32,000 nt of DNA from Zygophlyctis sp. KS116. Taxonomy: Eukaryota; Fungi; Chytridiomycota. The DNA lies in the NCBI GenBank assembly GCA_054661495.1, contig BAAFSQ010000087.1, forward strand, positions 1 through 32,000. The letters are read 5' to 3'. Shown in pieces: positions 1 through 11,703 of the stretch; positions within the stretch are counted from its first letter, which is position 1; the number at the start of each line of letters is the position of its first letter. The notes beneath the pieces are model-generated. The model did no database searches and was not told where the DNA came from. It saw only the letters and a list, made by a program, of their open reading frames with translations. A program made the translations under genes and the position numbers.

Positions 1-61
1 TTCCAACTGCATTCTGAATGCATGCATCTCCCACGTATCAAGCTTCCCATGAGCCGTTGGA

Positions 62-116
62 TCAATGTCATGTCAATGTCATGTCAATTCCACGTCAATG
101 TCAATCAGTTTGACAG
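62..116 (+). promoter_or_regulatory. Cluster of TGTCA/TGACA motifs (11-nt-period repeat) upstream of the first gene
   Basis: TGTCA at 66, 71, 77, 82 and 99, CGTCA at 93, TGACAG at 111; (TCAATGTCATG)x2 at 62-83; lies just upstream of a TATA box. Regulatory role is inferred. Confidence 0.45.
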
Positions 117-136
117 CCGTGAGAAGACTGAATTAG

Positions 137-143
137 TATAAAA
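137..143 (+). promoter_or_regulatory. TATA box
   Basis: TATAAAA 30 nt upstream of ATG 174; AATAAA poly(A)-like signal at 1217-1222 after the stop. Confidence 0.55.
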
Positions 144-173
144 GGAGCCACCAGATTCTGGTTTTTAAAGAAA

Positions 174-1205
174 ATGTCTACCATGAATTATGCTGCTGTT
201 GATGCCTTGATTGATACAATGAATCGTCAAAGATCTGTTGATCAGTTCCAGACTAGATTCAATGTTCCTATCCAATCTCAAGTTAACCCATTATTGGGAG
301 CTGGAATTATTCCATCGGTTGGATCTACTCAAGGACTTGATGCAGCTATTCAATCAATGTATTTGGATTATTCGCCTGCTACTGTTGGAGGCGCTCAAAG
401 ATTTAGAAATATGGGAATCTCTCCCTTGTCAATGGGAACTTTTGGATCAAATATCCCTCAATATGGTCAAGCTCAGAGATTTGGTTCTGGTAACTTGTAT
501 GCTGGTGCATGTCAAGGAGTTTCTTGTGCTCCTGGATACGCTCCTCTTGGATGGAATCAGACTCTAGGAAATATGCCAACTGGATTTGGATGGAATCAAA
601 ATTGGATTAATCCTTCTACTATTGGATCTTCTACTCTTGGATCTACTGTTGGATGTCAGACTGGTTTTACTGGACAATTTGTCAATCAGCCTTTATCTCA
701 AGCTCAAGGATTTCGTCCGACTTTTCATCACGATATTTTGTCTGGACAATCTGATTTGCCATTAAAGAGCAGTTGTGGGTTGCCTCTTTATCAACAACCA
801 ACTGCTCAATCTGAAAAGATTCTTCATGGACTTTTGTTGGATCGGTTAGAAAATCTCAAAGTAAGCAATTGTGTAGAAGATGCTTTATGCTTGTTGAAGG
901 GTGAAAGATCTACTGACCGGGTGTGTCAACTCTTATGTTCAGGAGCTCCTGTTGATCCAAGAATTTTGATTCAGGCTATTCAAACTGATCGAACTGTTGA
1001 TATTGGAATTGCAGAAATTGTTGAAAAGATGATGCATTATCGTCGAAGAAATTCAGAATCTGTTCACTTGTCTGAACATCTCATGTCTGGAAAGTTATAT
1101 GATGGACCAATCTACAATTCTGTTACTCATCAAGCAAAATTAGCTGCCATGGATGTTGTCAAAAGACGATTGGTTGATCTCTATGCCATGTCTGGAAGAA
1201 TCTAA
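174..1205 (+). CDS. Hypothetical protein, 343 aa, intronless; G/Q/S/N-rich low-complexity N-terminal two-thirds plus a charged, probably helical C-terminal domain
   Basis: Long uninterrupted ORF, strong T/A third-position bias, upstream TATA box and downstream AATAAA; no family recognised. Confidence 0.8.
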   Translation: MSTMNYAAVDALIDTMNRQRSVDQFQTRFNVPIQSQVNPLLGAGIIPSVGSTQGLDAAIQSMYLDYSPATVGGAQRFRNMGISPLSMGTFGSNIPQYGQAQRFGSGNLYAGACQGVSCAPGYAPLGWNQTLGNMPTGFGWNQNWINPSTIGSSTLGSTVGCQTGFTGQFVNQPLSQAQGFRPTFHHDILSGQSDLPLKSSCGLPLYQQPTAQSEKILHGLLLDRLENLKVSNCVEDALCLLKGERSTDRVCQLLCSGAPVDPRILIQAIQTDRTVDIGIAEIVEKMMHYRRRNSESVHLSEHLMSGKLYDGPIYNSVTHQAKLAAMDVVKRRLVDLYAMSGRI

Positions 1206-1290
1206 GATTGAAATTGAATAAATGATTTTCAATTGAAAAACTCTTAATAATTGATTTCGTCCACTGCAAATTTGAAGGGAAAAAATTCAA

Positions 1291-3377
1291 ATGATCTTAA
1301 ATATTGAAGATGATCCAGAGAGTAATGCATCCGTCAATCGGCAGAATGATAAGGAATTGAAAGGATCTTGGAAGAAGAAGCATCTGCACAAGAAGAAGCT
1401 GAAAACCATTCAAGAAAAGGAGGAAAAATCTAAATTAGTTGGAAATGAGAAGACTGGGAATGAGAAAGGCGGCAATGAGAAACCAATTCTAGAAACTCAT
1501 ATTAAAAAGTCTGATACAGCAAAGCATCATTTTGTATCGCAGTTATGGTCTCAGAACTCAACGCCGGATTTTTCAGGAACAAAGTCGCTAGAGTTGAAAC
1601 CAAGTGTAAATCTCTTGATGGAAAATGCATCGTTTAAGGATCTGGGAATTGATGATTGCATTTGTCAGCATCTGAATTCGAAGATGGGTATGTCCCAACC
1701 AACGCCAATTCAATCAAAAGTTATTCCGCAATTCTTGAATACCACAAGAGATATTCTGATGCAGGCTCAAACAGGCTCTGGAAAGTCGCTGGCTTTTCTA
1801 CTTCCAGTACTTAATCAGTTATTGGTTAGAGAGAATTTAGGAAGAGATGCTGGTACTTTGGGGTTAATTCTTGCGCCAACAAGAGAATTGGCAACTCAAT
1901 TGTTTGGAGTTATAGGATCATTAGTAAAATTATCTGCTCCAGGAAAGCATTGGATTGTTCCCGGATTACTTATTGGTGGAGAAAAGAAAAAGTCTGTAAG
2001 GTTCTGGTTTGTCTAATGTTAGGAAAAAGCTAGACTAAGAAAAGGAATTACTCTGCTTGTTGCGACCCCTGGAAGGCTTTTAGATCATTTGAAGACTACA
2101 AAAGCTTTTCAAATATCGGATTTAGAGTGGATTATTTTGGATGAAGCTGATCACTTATTGGAATTGGGATTTGAAGAGTCTATAGTTGAAATATTGAAAT
2201 ATATTAGAGGAAAGAGAAGAGAAAATATGCCTAATCCAAGAGTTATTCTTTGTTCGGCAACCATTCAGAAAAATGTGAAACAATTGGCAGAATTGACAAT
2301 GGATAAAGACCCGTTATTTATTCAGGTTTCTAAAAAGGAATCTAAAACTATGAAATCTAGAGAAATACTTCAAGAAATTTCGGTTCCAGATCAGCTTGCT
2401 CAATCATTTGCAATTGTACCTGCTAAAGTAAGGCTTGTGGGTCTGATTGGGCTTTTAAGACAAATAGTAAGTTCTCAAGGTGACTCTCATATCATTATTT
2501 TTGTATCTTGTCGTGACTCTGTTGATTTTCATTTTGATTTACTTTGCAATACTTCTAGTATAGATAGATCAACTGGAGAAGTAAAATCAAGTGTTAATGG
2601 TGGATTTAACTCTCCTTATATTCCTGGAACAAAGATTTATAAACTTCATGGAAACATGCAACAGGCTGATAGAATTAAATCATTTGAAGGATTTACTAAA
2701 TCATCTGAGTCGAATATTCTTTTATGTACTGATGTTGCAGCCCGTGGACTTGATTTACCCAATATTTCTGATATTATCCAATATGATCCTCCGGCAGATA
2801 TTAAAGACTATATCCACAGAATCGGAAGAGCTGCACGTATGGGGAAATCGGGAAAATCATTCTTATTTCTTCTTCCATCAGAACAAGAATATACTAATAT
2901 TCTATCTTCTTATGGGCTATCTGTTTTAGAACATAACATTCTTCCATTTTTACAAAATCTTGATAAAGACCAAAATTTCGAAGCCGCTGCCAACAATTTA
3001 CAATCAAAATTAGAAAACTTTATTTTATCTAATCAAGTGGTAATTTCTTTTTAAATTTAAAATCATAGACTCTTGAATTTGCCAAAAAAGCATTTTTATC
3101 TCACTTGAGAGCATATGCAACTCATGCATCTTTAGAAAAACATATTTTCCATGTTAAAGGCCTTCATTTAGGACATGTAGCTAAATCCTTTGGTCTTCGG
3201 GAGGCACCCTCTCTTGTTAAAAGTAGTGGAGAACCTCGAAGGCCTACCAAGGCAGGAAAGCCCAACATTGATATGAAACGTAAAGCATACTCTATGATGA
3301 AATCATTGGCTGCTAGTGAATTTGGAGATGGAGATTTAGCAACTTTAGCCAAGAAGCGAAATAAGACTAGGAAATAA
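1291..3377 (+). CDS. DBP7: ATP-dependent DEAD-box RNA helicase Dbp7/DDX31 (about 676 aa)
   Basis: Motifs [26 protein letters not shown]. Splicing restores GGEKKKS|EKARLRKGI and [14 protein letters not shown]. Introns 1996-2022 (27 nt), 3040-3068 (29). Confidence 0.95.
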
Positions 3378-3471
3378 ATCGATTTTTAAGTGAGCGGTGG
3401 GTAGATTACTTGATAGCTGAGGGCATGTTAAGGCCGTTGCTTCCTAGTCAGATTCCCATCAAAACGATCGC

Positions 3472-4385
3472 ATGCGGCATGGAGTCAAAAGCCAAGAGAG
3501 AGAAGATCCTGAAACGATTGAGAAATTCAAATATTTAAGTGATCTGCTGCTAAAAAATGTATTTATAGATTTATAATTTCTAGAAATCAAACTTTACTCT
3601 CAATCTGTTTGAAAATAGTACTGCATTGCTTCATCTAAATCTGGAATTTTATACCATTTGGAATTACAGGAAGAATGCAATCCCAGTTATTTTTAAGGAC
3701 GATCTGCAAAAAAATCTTGAAAATGAATTAGAATTTACATTTTCTTGCCTTTTAAAACATCCAAAATCTTATTGGGTATGGAATCATAGACTATGGGTTC
3801 TTGAATCGTTGAATTCAGACGTGTTTTGGTCAAAAGAATTAGAAAATGTCGGTAAAATGCTAGATTTGGATATAAGGAATTTTCATGGTTGGAATTATAG
3901 ACGATGTCTATTAGAAAAATTACCAAATCATCCATTGATAAAGGAATGGGAATATTCAACCACCAAGATTTATCAAAACTTTTCAAATTTTTCTGCATGG
4001 CATTATAGATCTTGGCTATTATCTAAACTATATAAAAATGATTCTAAAATTGTATACAATGGTATTAAATTTCTTTTAGCTAATTTTAGAATTGGAATTG
4101 GTAAGAAACGCAATCTTTACTGAACCGTCTGATCAGGCTCCTTGGTATTATCATCGAATTTTACTAGGAAAGAATGAAACTTGTGTAAAGAATGAAATCT
4201 GGGAATTAGAGTTAAAAACTGTTAAAACTCTATTGGAATTAGAACCAGACTGTAAGTGGGCCTTGACCACACTAGTTTATATACTAAATCACTTAAATAA
4301 GGAATTGGATTTAATACCAAAAATTAATCAAAAACTTGCAATTCTAGATCCTAAAAGAAGAGGACTTTATTCTAAATCTTACTAA
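3472..4385 (+). CDS. BET4: Rab geranylgeranyltransferase (GGTase-II) alpha subunit (about 286 aa)
   Basis: N-terminal MRHGVK; prenyltransferase-alpha repeats YTIWNYR, PKSYWVWNHR, RNFHGWNYR, NFSNFSAWHYR, EPSDQAPWYY. Introns 3559-3583 (25), 4062-4089 (28). Confidence 0.92.
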
Positions 4386-4827
4386 AACCAGATGCTGATG
4401 GTGTTTCTGTTGGTACTCTTAATCTAGCAGGAAATAGAGTCAGATCTTCAGATCTATTAACAATTTGATTTTCAGAAGCCTTTTTAAACAGCCTAGAATC
4501 CAATTTTTCTAATTCCAACATTGCATTCCTCATTTTAATGTATTTCCTCTTGAGTGTATCAGTGATTTGAATCGCTTCCTTTTCCTTTGATGCAAACCAA
4601 GCTCTTTCAATCATATCTAGCTTAATGAGTTTTGGTTGTGACTTATCAATGATTACCGGCGATGATTTCATTAGATTTAAAGGGATTTTTGGGATATTTT
4701 GAGGAGAATGATCTGGATCATACAAAATCTTTTTAATTAAAGCATAGCGGTCATCAAGCGGTAATTCTTTCTTCTTGGTCAGAGGTTTGGTTGCTGTTGC
4801 TAGAAATCGCATTCTTTTCTGAAACAT
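4372..4827 (-). CDS. MRPL28: Mitochondrial large-subunit ribosomal protein mL40 (yeast MRPL28-like), 151 aa
   Basis: ATG at 4827, Arg/Lys-rich presequence-like N-terminus (MFQKRMRFLAT), IERAW, MRNAMLELEKLDSRLF, C-terminal FPARLRVPTETP typical of mL40. Confidence 0.8.
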   Translation of the reverse strand: MFQKRMRFLATATKPLTKKKELPLDDRYALIKKILYDPDHSPQNIPKIPLNLMKSSPVIIDKSQPKLIKLDMIERAWFASKEKEAIQITDTLKRKYIKMRNAMLELEKLDSRLFKKASENQIVNRSEDLTLFPARLRVPTETPSASGFSKI

Positions 4828-4981
4828 TCCTTCTCCTCGCAAAAGCCCTATGATAACAGCTAAAATTACTCTTGTCGCAGAGGTAATTTTAGATTTGAGT
4901 CTCTCCAAATGTAAAAACTGCCATCAATCCATCACAATTCATGGCAGTGGCAATCATTATCACAATTGCAACAAGGCCGCC

Positions 4982-5011
4982 AATCAGATCAGAACGCGTG
5001 CTGATCTGATT
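4982..5011. repeat. 30-bp near-perfect palindrome centred on ACGCGT
   Basis: AATCAGATCAG-A-ACGCGT-G-CTGATCTGATT: 11-bp arms, one mismatched pair, in the divergent MRPL28/ARMC9 spacer. Confidence 0.85.
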
Positions 5012-5033
5012 TGCGCGTCTGAAAGAGATTCTA

Positions 5034-7468
5034 ATGGAGTCCGAAATAGATGAAATGGTACAGGAATATTTGAAATATAGAGACTTTAGACAGACTCTAA
5101 ATACTTTTCAAGAGGAAGCAGGACTTAATCTTTCAAGTGATCATAGAATAAAAGAGTCGGTCAAGGCTGAAAAAGTCCAAGAGTTTTTAAACGCATTAAA
5201 TGATGGGAGCAGGAGTGATTTTTTTGTATTATGGAATGCATTACCAGACCATGAAGATGATGCTAGTATCAAAATTGAATTTTTACTAAATGTTTACTTT
5301 GCGATTTTGCCAATTCACGATTTTGTAAATTGTCAAAAGGAAAGTATGAAAACAAGTATGAATTACTTTAAACAGTTTTTGGATACAAAAGGAAGTGCCC
5401 TATGTAAGAATGATGCATTTTTATGTTTTTATGCGCTTCCGTACATACCAGAAGAGTCACTCAAAAAACATCCTTCGTTTCATCAGATTTTTACAATGGA
5501 ATGGGTTCAAGACTTACAGATGCGGATGACTGGATATTTAGAAAATATTCTAAATTTGGACTCTCTCGTGAAATTTCCAAGGTTGATCCATTTGTATCAA
5601 GTATGTTTTTCCTTTTAAGTAATGATTTAGGATAAAAATTCATCAAGCGAACTTAAAAATCAGAATAAACAAGTTTCGGACTTGAAAAGATTGGTTCAAA
5701 ACTTTAGATCACATGAAAAGGAATTAGAAAAGAAACATCGGCAGTTGCAGGTGATTTTAAATTATTTTGAAATTTAGACAGACTATCAAGGCTTATTATC
5801 CATATCTTCAGATTTGGTACAGAGTCTAGCACAATGTATTAGCGGGCAAAAAGTACTTTATCAAACTTACACAATAGGTATCACCGGCTTATCTTTCAAC
5901 AATTTGTAAAAGACTTTCGTTGCTAAAGTCAACCAAAGGGACCCAAAATCAAGATCAATCAAGTCATAAGCCGTTGCCACTATCAAAACAAATTTCTGAT
6001 GCTAACAAAGCTCCTCCAATACCAAGATCAGCAACTAGGTATGTCAAACATTATATTGAATCAAAGATCTCCTCTTCCAGCTATTCCGATCGTTGAAATG
6101 AAGCATAACTTCAATACATCCAATACTTTGCTAAATTATCAAAGAATCAAAAAAGATTTAATAGATCCTTCTTCAGAGGAAACAGATTCTGCAAAATCAC
6201 GACTATTGTATGCTCTTCGACAGCACTTACCCAAAACTAACATGAACTCAAGAAGAAACGTTTTGAATGAATATGTTTCAAATGACATTTTAAATATTAT
6301 CTCTGGCAAGGTATTCTACTGGCCTTAAAGAAATAGAATATATTACTTGATATTTTAACAAAATGCTCGATTCAAACTAAAGAGCAGGTTGGAAAGCTAA
6401 TTAATATTATGGCTTCGGATCATATAGGTCGTGCATATTTACTTTCTAATCATGCCAAAACTCTTGGAAATTTATTGCAAATTACAAAAACAGAAAAGAC
6501 AGATTCTCACTTGAGACAAAATCTATTTGGTGTTTTACAAAAACTTTCTCTCAGGCGTGAATGTCAGTCAATTATGATTAAGAATGGCTGGGTAGAATAC
6601 TTACTAGACCTTTTAGAAGATTTAGAATCTCTTTCAGAATATACTATAGAATATGGTGCTGCGCTTTTAATGAATTTATGTCTACGTACTCATGGCAAGA
6701 AAGAATGTGCAAAGAATCCTTCGAGGTGTTTAAAAGTTCTCTTAGAACTTATAGAGCACGATAACGTCCAGGTAAAACTTAAAATTATTGACTCTTTTAG
6801 GTTAAAACCTATGTGAATGGAATTCTATTTTCCATTCTTGCTGAACCAAATATCAAGGAAGAAGCTAGATCAATTGGCCTTGAAGAACAATTTTTATGTC
6901 TAAAAGATGAATCCGATGAACAATTCACGCGACAAATTGATTTTGTTTTAGAAGCTCTAGCTAATGGTATTTTATATTACTTAATTTTAAAGATGAATTG
7001 GAAGATTTATCAGAAATATCTGAAGATGGCCAGGAAGAAGACGATCTTGAAGAAGACGATGATGTACAAACAGTTATAGACGATGATGATTTTGAAGCTG
7101 ATATGGAAAATGTATCAACTTCAGAATCTATTCTTCAAGCTTATACTACATTACCGCATGCACCTGTAGCTGCTTATCCAACATCTTTTCAGGCTTTAAA
7201 ATCCCAAAATACTGAAAGAGAGAAATATGCTCATGATAATCAAGAGACTGAAAAGATTGTAAAAGATGATGTATAGTTTTAATTATTTTTAAAAATATAG
7301 CAAATTCCGATAAAAGCCCTGCCACCCTCAGATAATCTAAAAAAAGGAAAGATTCCAGTCAATGATCAAGAGTAAGACATGTTCAAGTTTATTATTAGGA
7401 GAGTAGAGTTTGAGTCTGCATTTTCATCTCGTCCGAAACTCCCAAGAACTCCTGATTGTATGTTTTAG
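5034..7468 (+). CDS. ARMC9: LisH domain-containing armadillo-repeat protein ARMC9 (ciliary), about 728 aa, 10 exons
   Basis: LisH N-terminus (VQEYLKYRDFRQTLNTFQEE), FYALPY, LQKLSLRR, EYGAALLMNLCLR, TYVNGILFSIL, C-terminal FSSRPKLPRTP. Introns 5601-5630, 5751-5777, 5853-5877, 6039-6066, 6311-6336, 6772-6800, 6967-6992, 7271-7300, 7372-7398 (25-30 nt); the spliced frame stays open. Confidence 0.9.
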
Positions 7469-7491
7469 GTTTTAGTTACAATACATTTTTG

Positions 7492-8300
7492 ATGGAATTG
7501 CCTGGATCCTTCCCTGGTCAGAGGCTAAATTACTTTTGCCATTCTTGTTCCGTAACTTATTTGAGCTTAAAATAGGCTGGATACTCATCTGCCGCTGAGC
7601 GATTAGTTTGCCCAACTTGTGGCTCTGATTTTGTAGAACGGATTGAGAATCGTCCGGAAGAGCAATTTGATCCCGGCGAACTAGTTTTTGAAACTCTAAT
7701 GGGCCGATTCCTGAATTTAGCTCAGGCAAATAGAATGGCGATGCCTGGTGCAACTGTATCATCAAATATTAGATTTCGTGGCAGATCAGTTGCAGATCAA
7801 TCAAATGAATTGTATCTAAAGAATGATAATGTATAGAAATGATAGTATTCCACCTCAGTTGGCTTTATTACTGCAGATTCTTAGTAGAGGAATTCAAGCT
7901 GAATCTATTCCAATTCATGGTCAAGCAGGAGATTATATAGTTGGTGATCGCGGATTAGATAATATTATATCACAATGTAAGTAATAGATCCTTTAAACTT
8001 GTAGTGATGGAACAATATTCTTCTCAAAATATGCCTCCAGCGGCATCAACAGAAGTGATTGATCATTTACCAAGAATTAAGATTCAGGTTCAAGAGTTAG
8101 GAGAACATACAGGATGTCCTATTTGTCAAGATGATTTTAAACAGAATGAAGAAGGGATTAAAATGCCCTGTAATCACTTATTTCATCCAAATTGTATTGT
8201 AGAATGGTTAAAAGTTAATGGTAAAACTCAAAGATTAAATATAGGAACTTGCCCAGTATGTAGATATTCATTGGTTGAAAATAATCAGTCATCGTCATAG
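7492..8300 (+). CDS. RNF115/RNF126-like RING-H2 E3 ubiquitin ligase (about 235 aa)
   Basis: N-terminal zinc ribbon YFCHSC...CPTCGSDFVE, GDY...GLDNIISQLME motif, RING-H2 CPIC..PCNHLFHPNC..W..TCPVCR. Introns 7552-7575, 7812-7836, 7977-8004, 8221-8244. Confidence 0.9.
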
Positions 8301-8394
8301 TTTTTATAATATTATCTACCTTAATTAGTCTATTAAAACACGATGAGAAACTCAGATTGATCAATGCTACAATTCCGCTTTTATAATTAAAATA

Positions 8395-8925
8395 ATGTTT
8401 CCATCATTAAGCTCTTTTTTGGTTACTCTAATCTTTTCTGTTGCCTTGATCGACGTCGTTAAAACTAGAACTGGTGACTGTTCAGATTTGAGCCTTATAA
8501 AAATGAATTCTTGTGCTGTAGCAAGTCAATCTAGCATGACGCCTGATACATATTGTTCTGAAAAGTTTGGATTGAATGTTCGGGCAAGAGACATGCCTAT
8601 TCTCGATACATCAAACACTTCGCAATTGCAGTTTCAATATGATTACGAAATGTGTTTATGTAATGGATTTACTGCCGTTGCTAAAGTATTTTTACAATAA
8701 TCTTAATGCTAGTGTTGGAAATTCATCTGTCCTGCTGATGAGACTGGTCCGATTGTATACCAGTCTGCGCAAGATGCATGTGCTAAAGCTAAATCTACTA
8801 ATGCAGATGGGGTATTGAAAACAAATAATGGCCCAACTTATGAGATTATAAATAATACATCTCCAGTCAGATCATGGGCCTCAAAGATCAGTTGTCTGTC
8901 TGTAACCGCCCTACTCTTTTTGTAG
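8395..8925 (+). CDS. Small secreted Cys-rich protein, possibly GPI-anchored (about 167 aa)
   Basis: Hydrophobic N-terminal signal, multiple Cys, hydrophobic C-terminus (SCLSVTALLFL). Intron 8686-8712 (27) joins AVAK|CWKFICP. Confidence 0.7.
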
Positions 8926-8941
8926 ATCAGTGACGTAATAA

Positions 8942-11671
8942 ATGATATTCATAAGCCAATTGTTGATATTATCTAAAAGGAACTTGATTATACTTGGGAG
9001 ATATTGGAGAAGTTCTTTGGCACAGGCGGTCGGAGCCCCCTTATTGTTTATGTTGTTATTGTATATTCTTCAGCAGGCAGATTATTCTAATCAGCGATTA
9101 AGTATTTTGCATCCCAAATCATATCAGCTAGAAGGAGTGTATAATTGTATCAGTCCTTGTATTAATGTTATGTTTAGCCCACTTAATGCAAACACATCTG
9201 GGATCATGAAGATGTTTGCCGCTCTCAATGCTAAAAGGACTGGTCAGGAAGAATGGAAGATGGAAAATCCGATTTCATTTTTACAAATTCCAGAATCAAT
9301 TATGGGCATGGTTCCAGTTGATAATGAATCTTTTATATACGAATATGCCTTGCAAAGGCCTAATTTTACCAAATGGGCAATAACTTTTGATCAGACTTTT
9401 GATCCATCGCCTGCCATTAGATATCAAATATGGTATAATGTTTCGATTGTTTCTGATGGATCTGATGCTTGTAAATTTAGATTTATTCATCATAGTTGGA
9501 AAAAGTTTACTCTCATTCTTGCGTGGTATAGATGAGGCTATTATAAGCTTTCTAAATGATCCAAGTATGAAAATATCAGCAAATTTGGATATTTCATTGA
9601 GGGATTGGCCATTAGTTCCTGCAAAAACTTTATCAGACACGATTGTGCAGAATTTGGGGTCTGTATTCTTTTTCTGTTGCGTAATGATCATTTTCATTAA
9701 TGTTCTTAATCATATTGTGACCGAAAAGGAAGATAAGCTGAGGCATGCAATGGAAATGATGGGATTATTGCCTAGTGTGTATTGGTGGAGTTATTTTTTA
9801 TCAAATTCTATATTGGTTTTTATAGGATCACTAGTGACAAGTATTCTTGGTCTGGTTTTTTCATTCAAAGCGTTTACTGGAACTAATTTTGGTATTATAT
9901 TTTTGACGTTTTTCTTATTTGGTGAATCTATGGTTGTCTTTGCATTTTTCCTCTCGTCAATCATACCAAAATCTCGAATGGCTATTTTGGTTGGTATCTT
10001 CATATTTATAATTGGGCTTTTGTTTGAAAGTTTTGTATTCTCATCTGGATTTATTGGTTATATCTGGTGGAAGTCTTCTACAAATCCAAATTTGACAAGA
10101 TTTATGCAATTGTTCCCTTTTTTCAATTTTGGAAGAATGTTCTTAGACATTACCACTTGTACTACTGGAAAGCTTGATGAATTGACTGATACATTTATTC
10201 CTGGTCCAGGCATGAGCTGGGCTGCGCTTTTTAACCCAGTGCCTGATTACGTTCAGCCAATATATTCAGATGGGACCCGTCCAAACATCCCACCTCCAGT
10301 TGATAATTTTTATTGCTTTCTCATGAATATTGCTTTTTACGGATTTTTGACATTTTATTTTGATAATGTATTGCCAGATGAATTTGGCAATCGGCTTTCG
10401 CCTTGGTTTTTTCTTACTCGAAGTTACTGGATTACACAAGAAGCTACTATAGAACAGCGTCATTTGCTTGAAAAAAATATTTCAAAATCTGAAATGGACT
10501 ACGGACTCATCGAAGATGAGGATATAAGCGTAAAAAGGGAGCGTGAAACTGTACTAGACCCAAATGATCATTCAGATCTCAAAGTTTTCGGATTATCAAA
10601 AGTTTATAGAAGTCACCTGCTCGGCTGGATGGGGTTTAAAAGCTCGAAAGACCGTATAGCAGTAAAAAGTATCTTTCTCAAGCTTCAAAAAGGGGAACTA
10701 TTGGCACTTTTAGGTCAGGTATAATATCCGAATATTCTTATCGATAGAATGGTGCAGGAAAAACTACTACCATGAATATGTTAAGTGGAAGAACGCCACC
10801 TACTGCTGGTGATGCTTTAATCTTTGGATATTCTATAAAGAATCATTCAGCTCAACTCAAGAAGAAACTTGGGATATGTCCACAGGTATTAGATATATTT
10901 AGAATAATTATTATAGCATGATATTTTGTTTAATGAGTTGACTGCTAGGGAACACATTCAGTTATATGCTGGTTTAAAGGGGACTCCGCTTAAAGAAACT
11001 GAAAACTTAATTAGAGAACGGCTCGAATCTGTAAACTTGGATCAAGTGGCTGATAAGCTTGTGAGCACTTATTCTGGAGGAATGAAAAGACGACTTTCCC
11101 TGATTATTTCAACGATAGGTGATCCTGAGATTATGTATTTGGATGAGCCAACGACTGGTATGGATCCTGTCAATCGACGTCGTGTTTGGGCATTCATCGA
11201 GAAGTTTAAAAAAGACAGGATTATAATTTTAACTACTCATTCGATGGAGGAAGCAGATATCTTGGGCGATAGAATCGTCATAATGGCCCATGGAAGAATG
11301 TGTGTAATAGGTGATTCTATGGATCTTAAATCACGATTTGGAAAGGGCTATGCAGTAACAGTTGTATCGGAACCAAATCGAACAGAAGAGATAAAAAGCA
11401 TATTGAAGGAGCGATTTCCTTCGGCCCTATTGGAGGATGAAGCTGCCGGGGCATTAACTTACCAGTTTTTGGCTGATAAAGGGGATGAAATACCGCCATT
11501 TATACGGCAAATTGACAAAGAATCCGCTGGACTTATTCGTAATTGGGGAATTAGTCAGCCTACCCTTGAGGATGTCTTTCTAAAGATAATACGGGATGCG
11601 AATCCTCATGGTTATAGTGGTATTCCTTTTTTGTTTAACTGTAAGGCGAAGAAACGAAAAAAGCAAAATAA
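8942..11671 (+). CDS. ABCA-subfamily ABC transporter, half-size (one TMD plus one NBD), about 872 aa
   Basis: IVTEKEDKLRHAMEMMGL, Walker A GQ|NGAGKTT, CPQ|HDILF, YSGGMKRRLS, LDEPTTGMDP, TTHSMEEAD, TLEDVF. Introns 9471-9495, 10719-10747, 10886-10916 and probably 11620-11645 (without the last one the stop is at 11690). Confidence 0.92.
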
Positions 11672-11703
11672 TAATATTACATTAACATGAATAATGAAAA
11701 CAG

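Noticed and set aside
62-116. CRISPR array, telomere or transposon end
   Set aside because: Short degenerate 5-11 nt units with no spacers, terminal inverted repeats or transposase nearby.
4900-4980. RFX X-box upstream of ciliary ARMC9
   Set aside because: Only partial half-sites (CATGGCAG, GTGGCAAT); no full match.
7458-7475. Possible 18-nt terminal intron in ARMC9 (GTATG...TTAG)
   Set aside because: Not required; the frame stops at 7468 just after the conserved PRTP motif, and the size is below every other intron.
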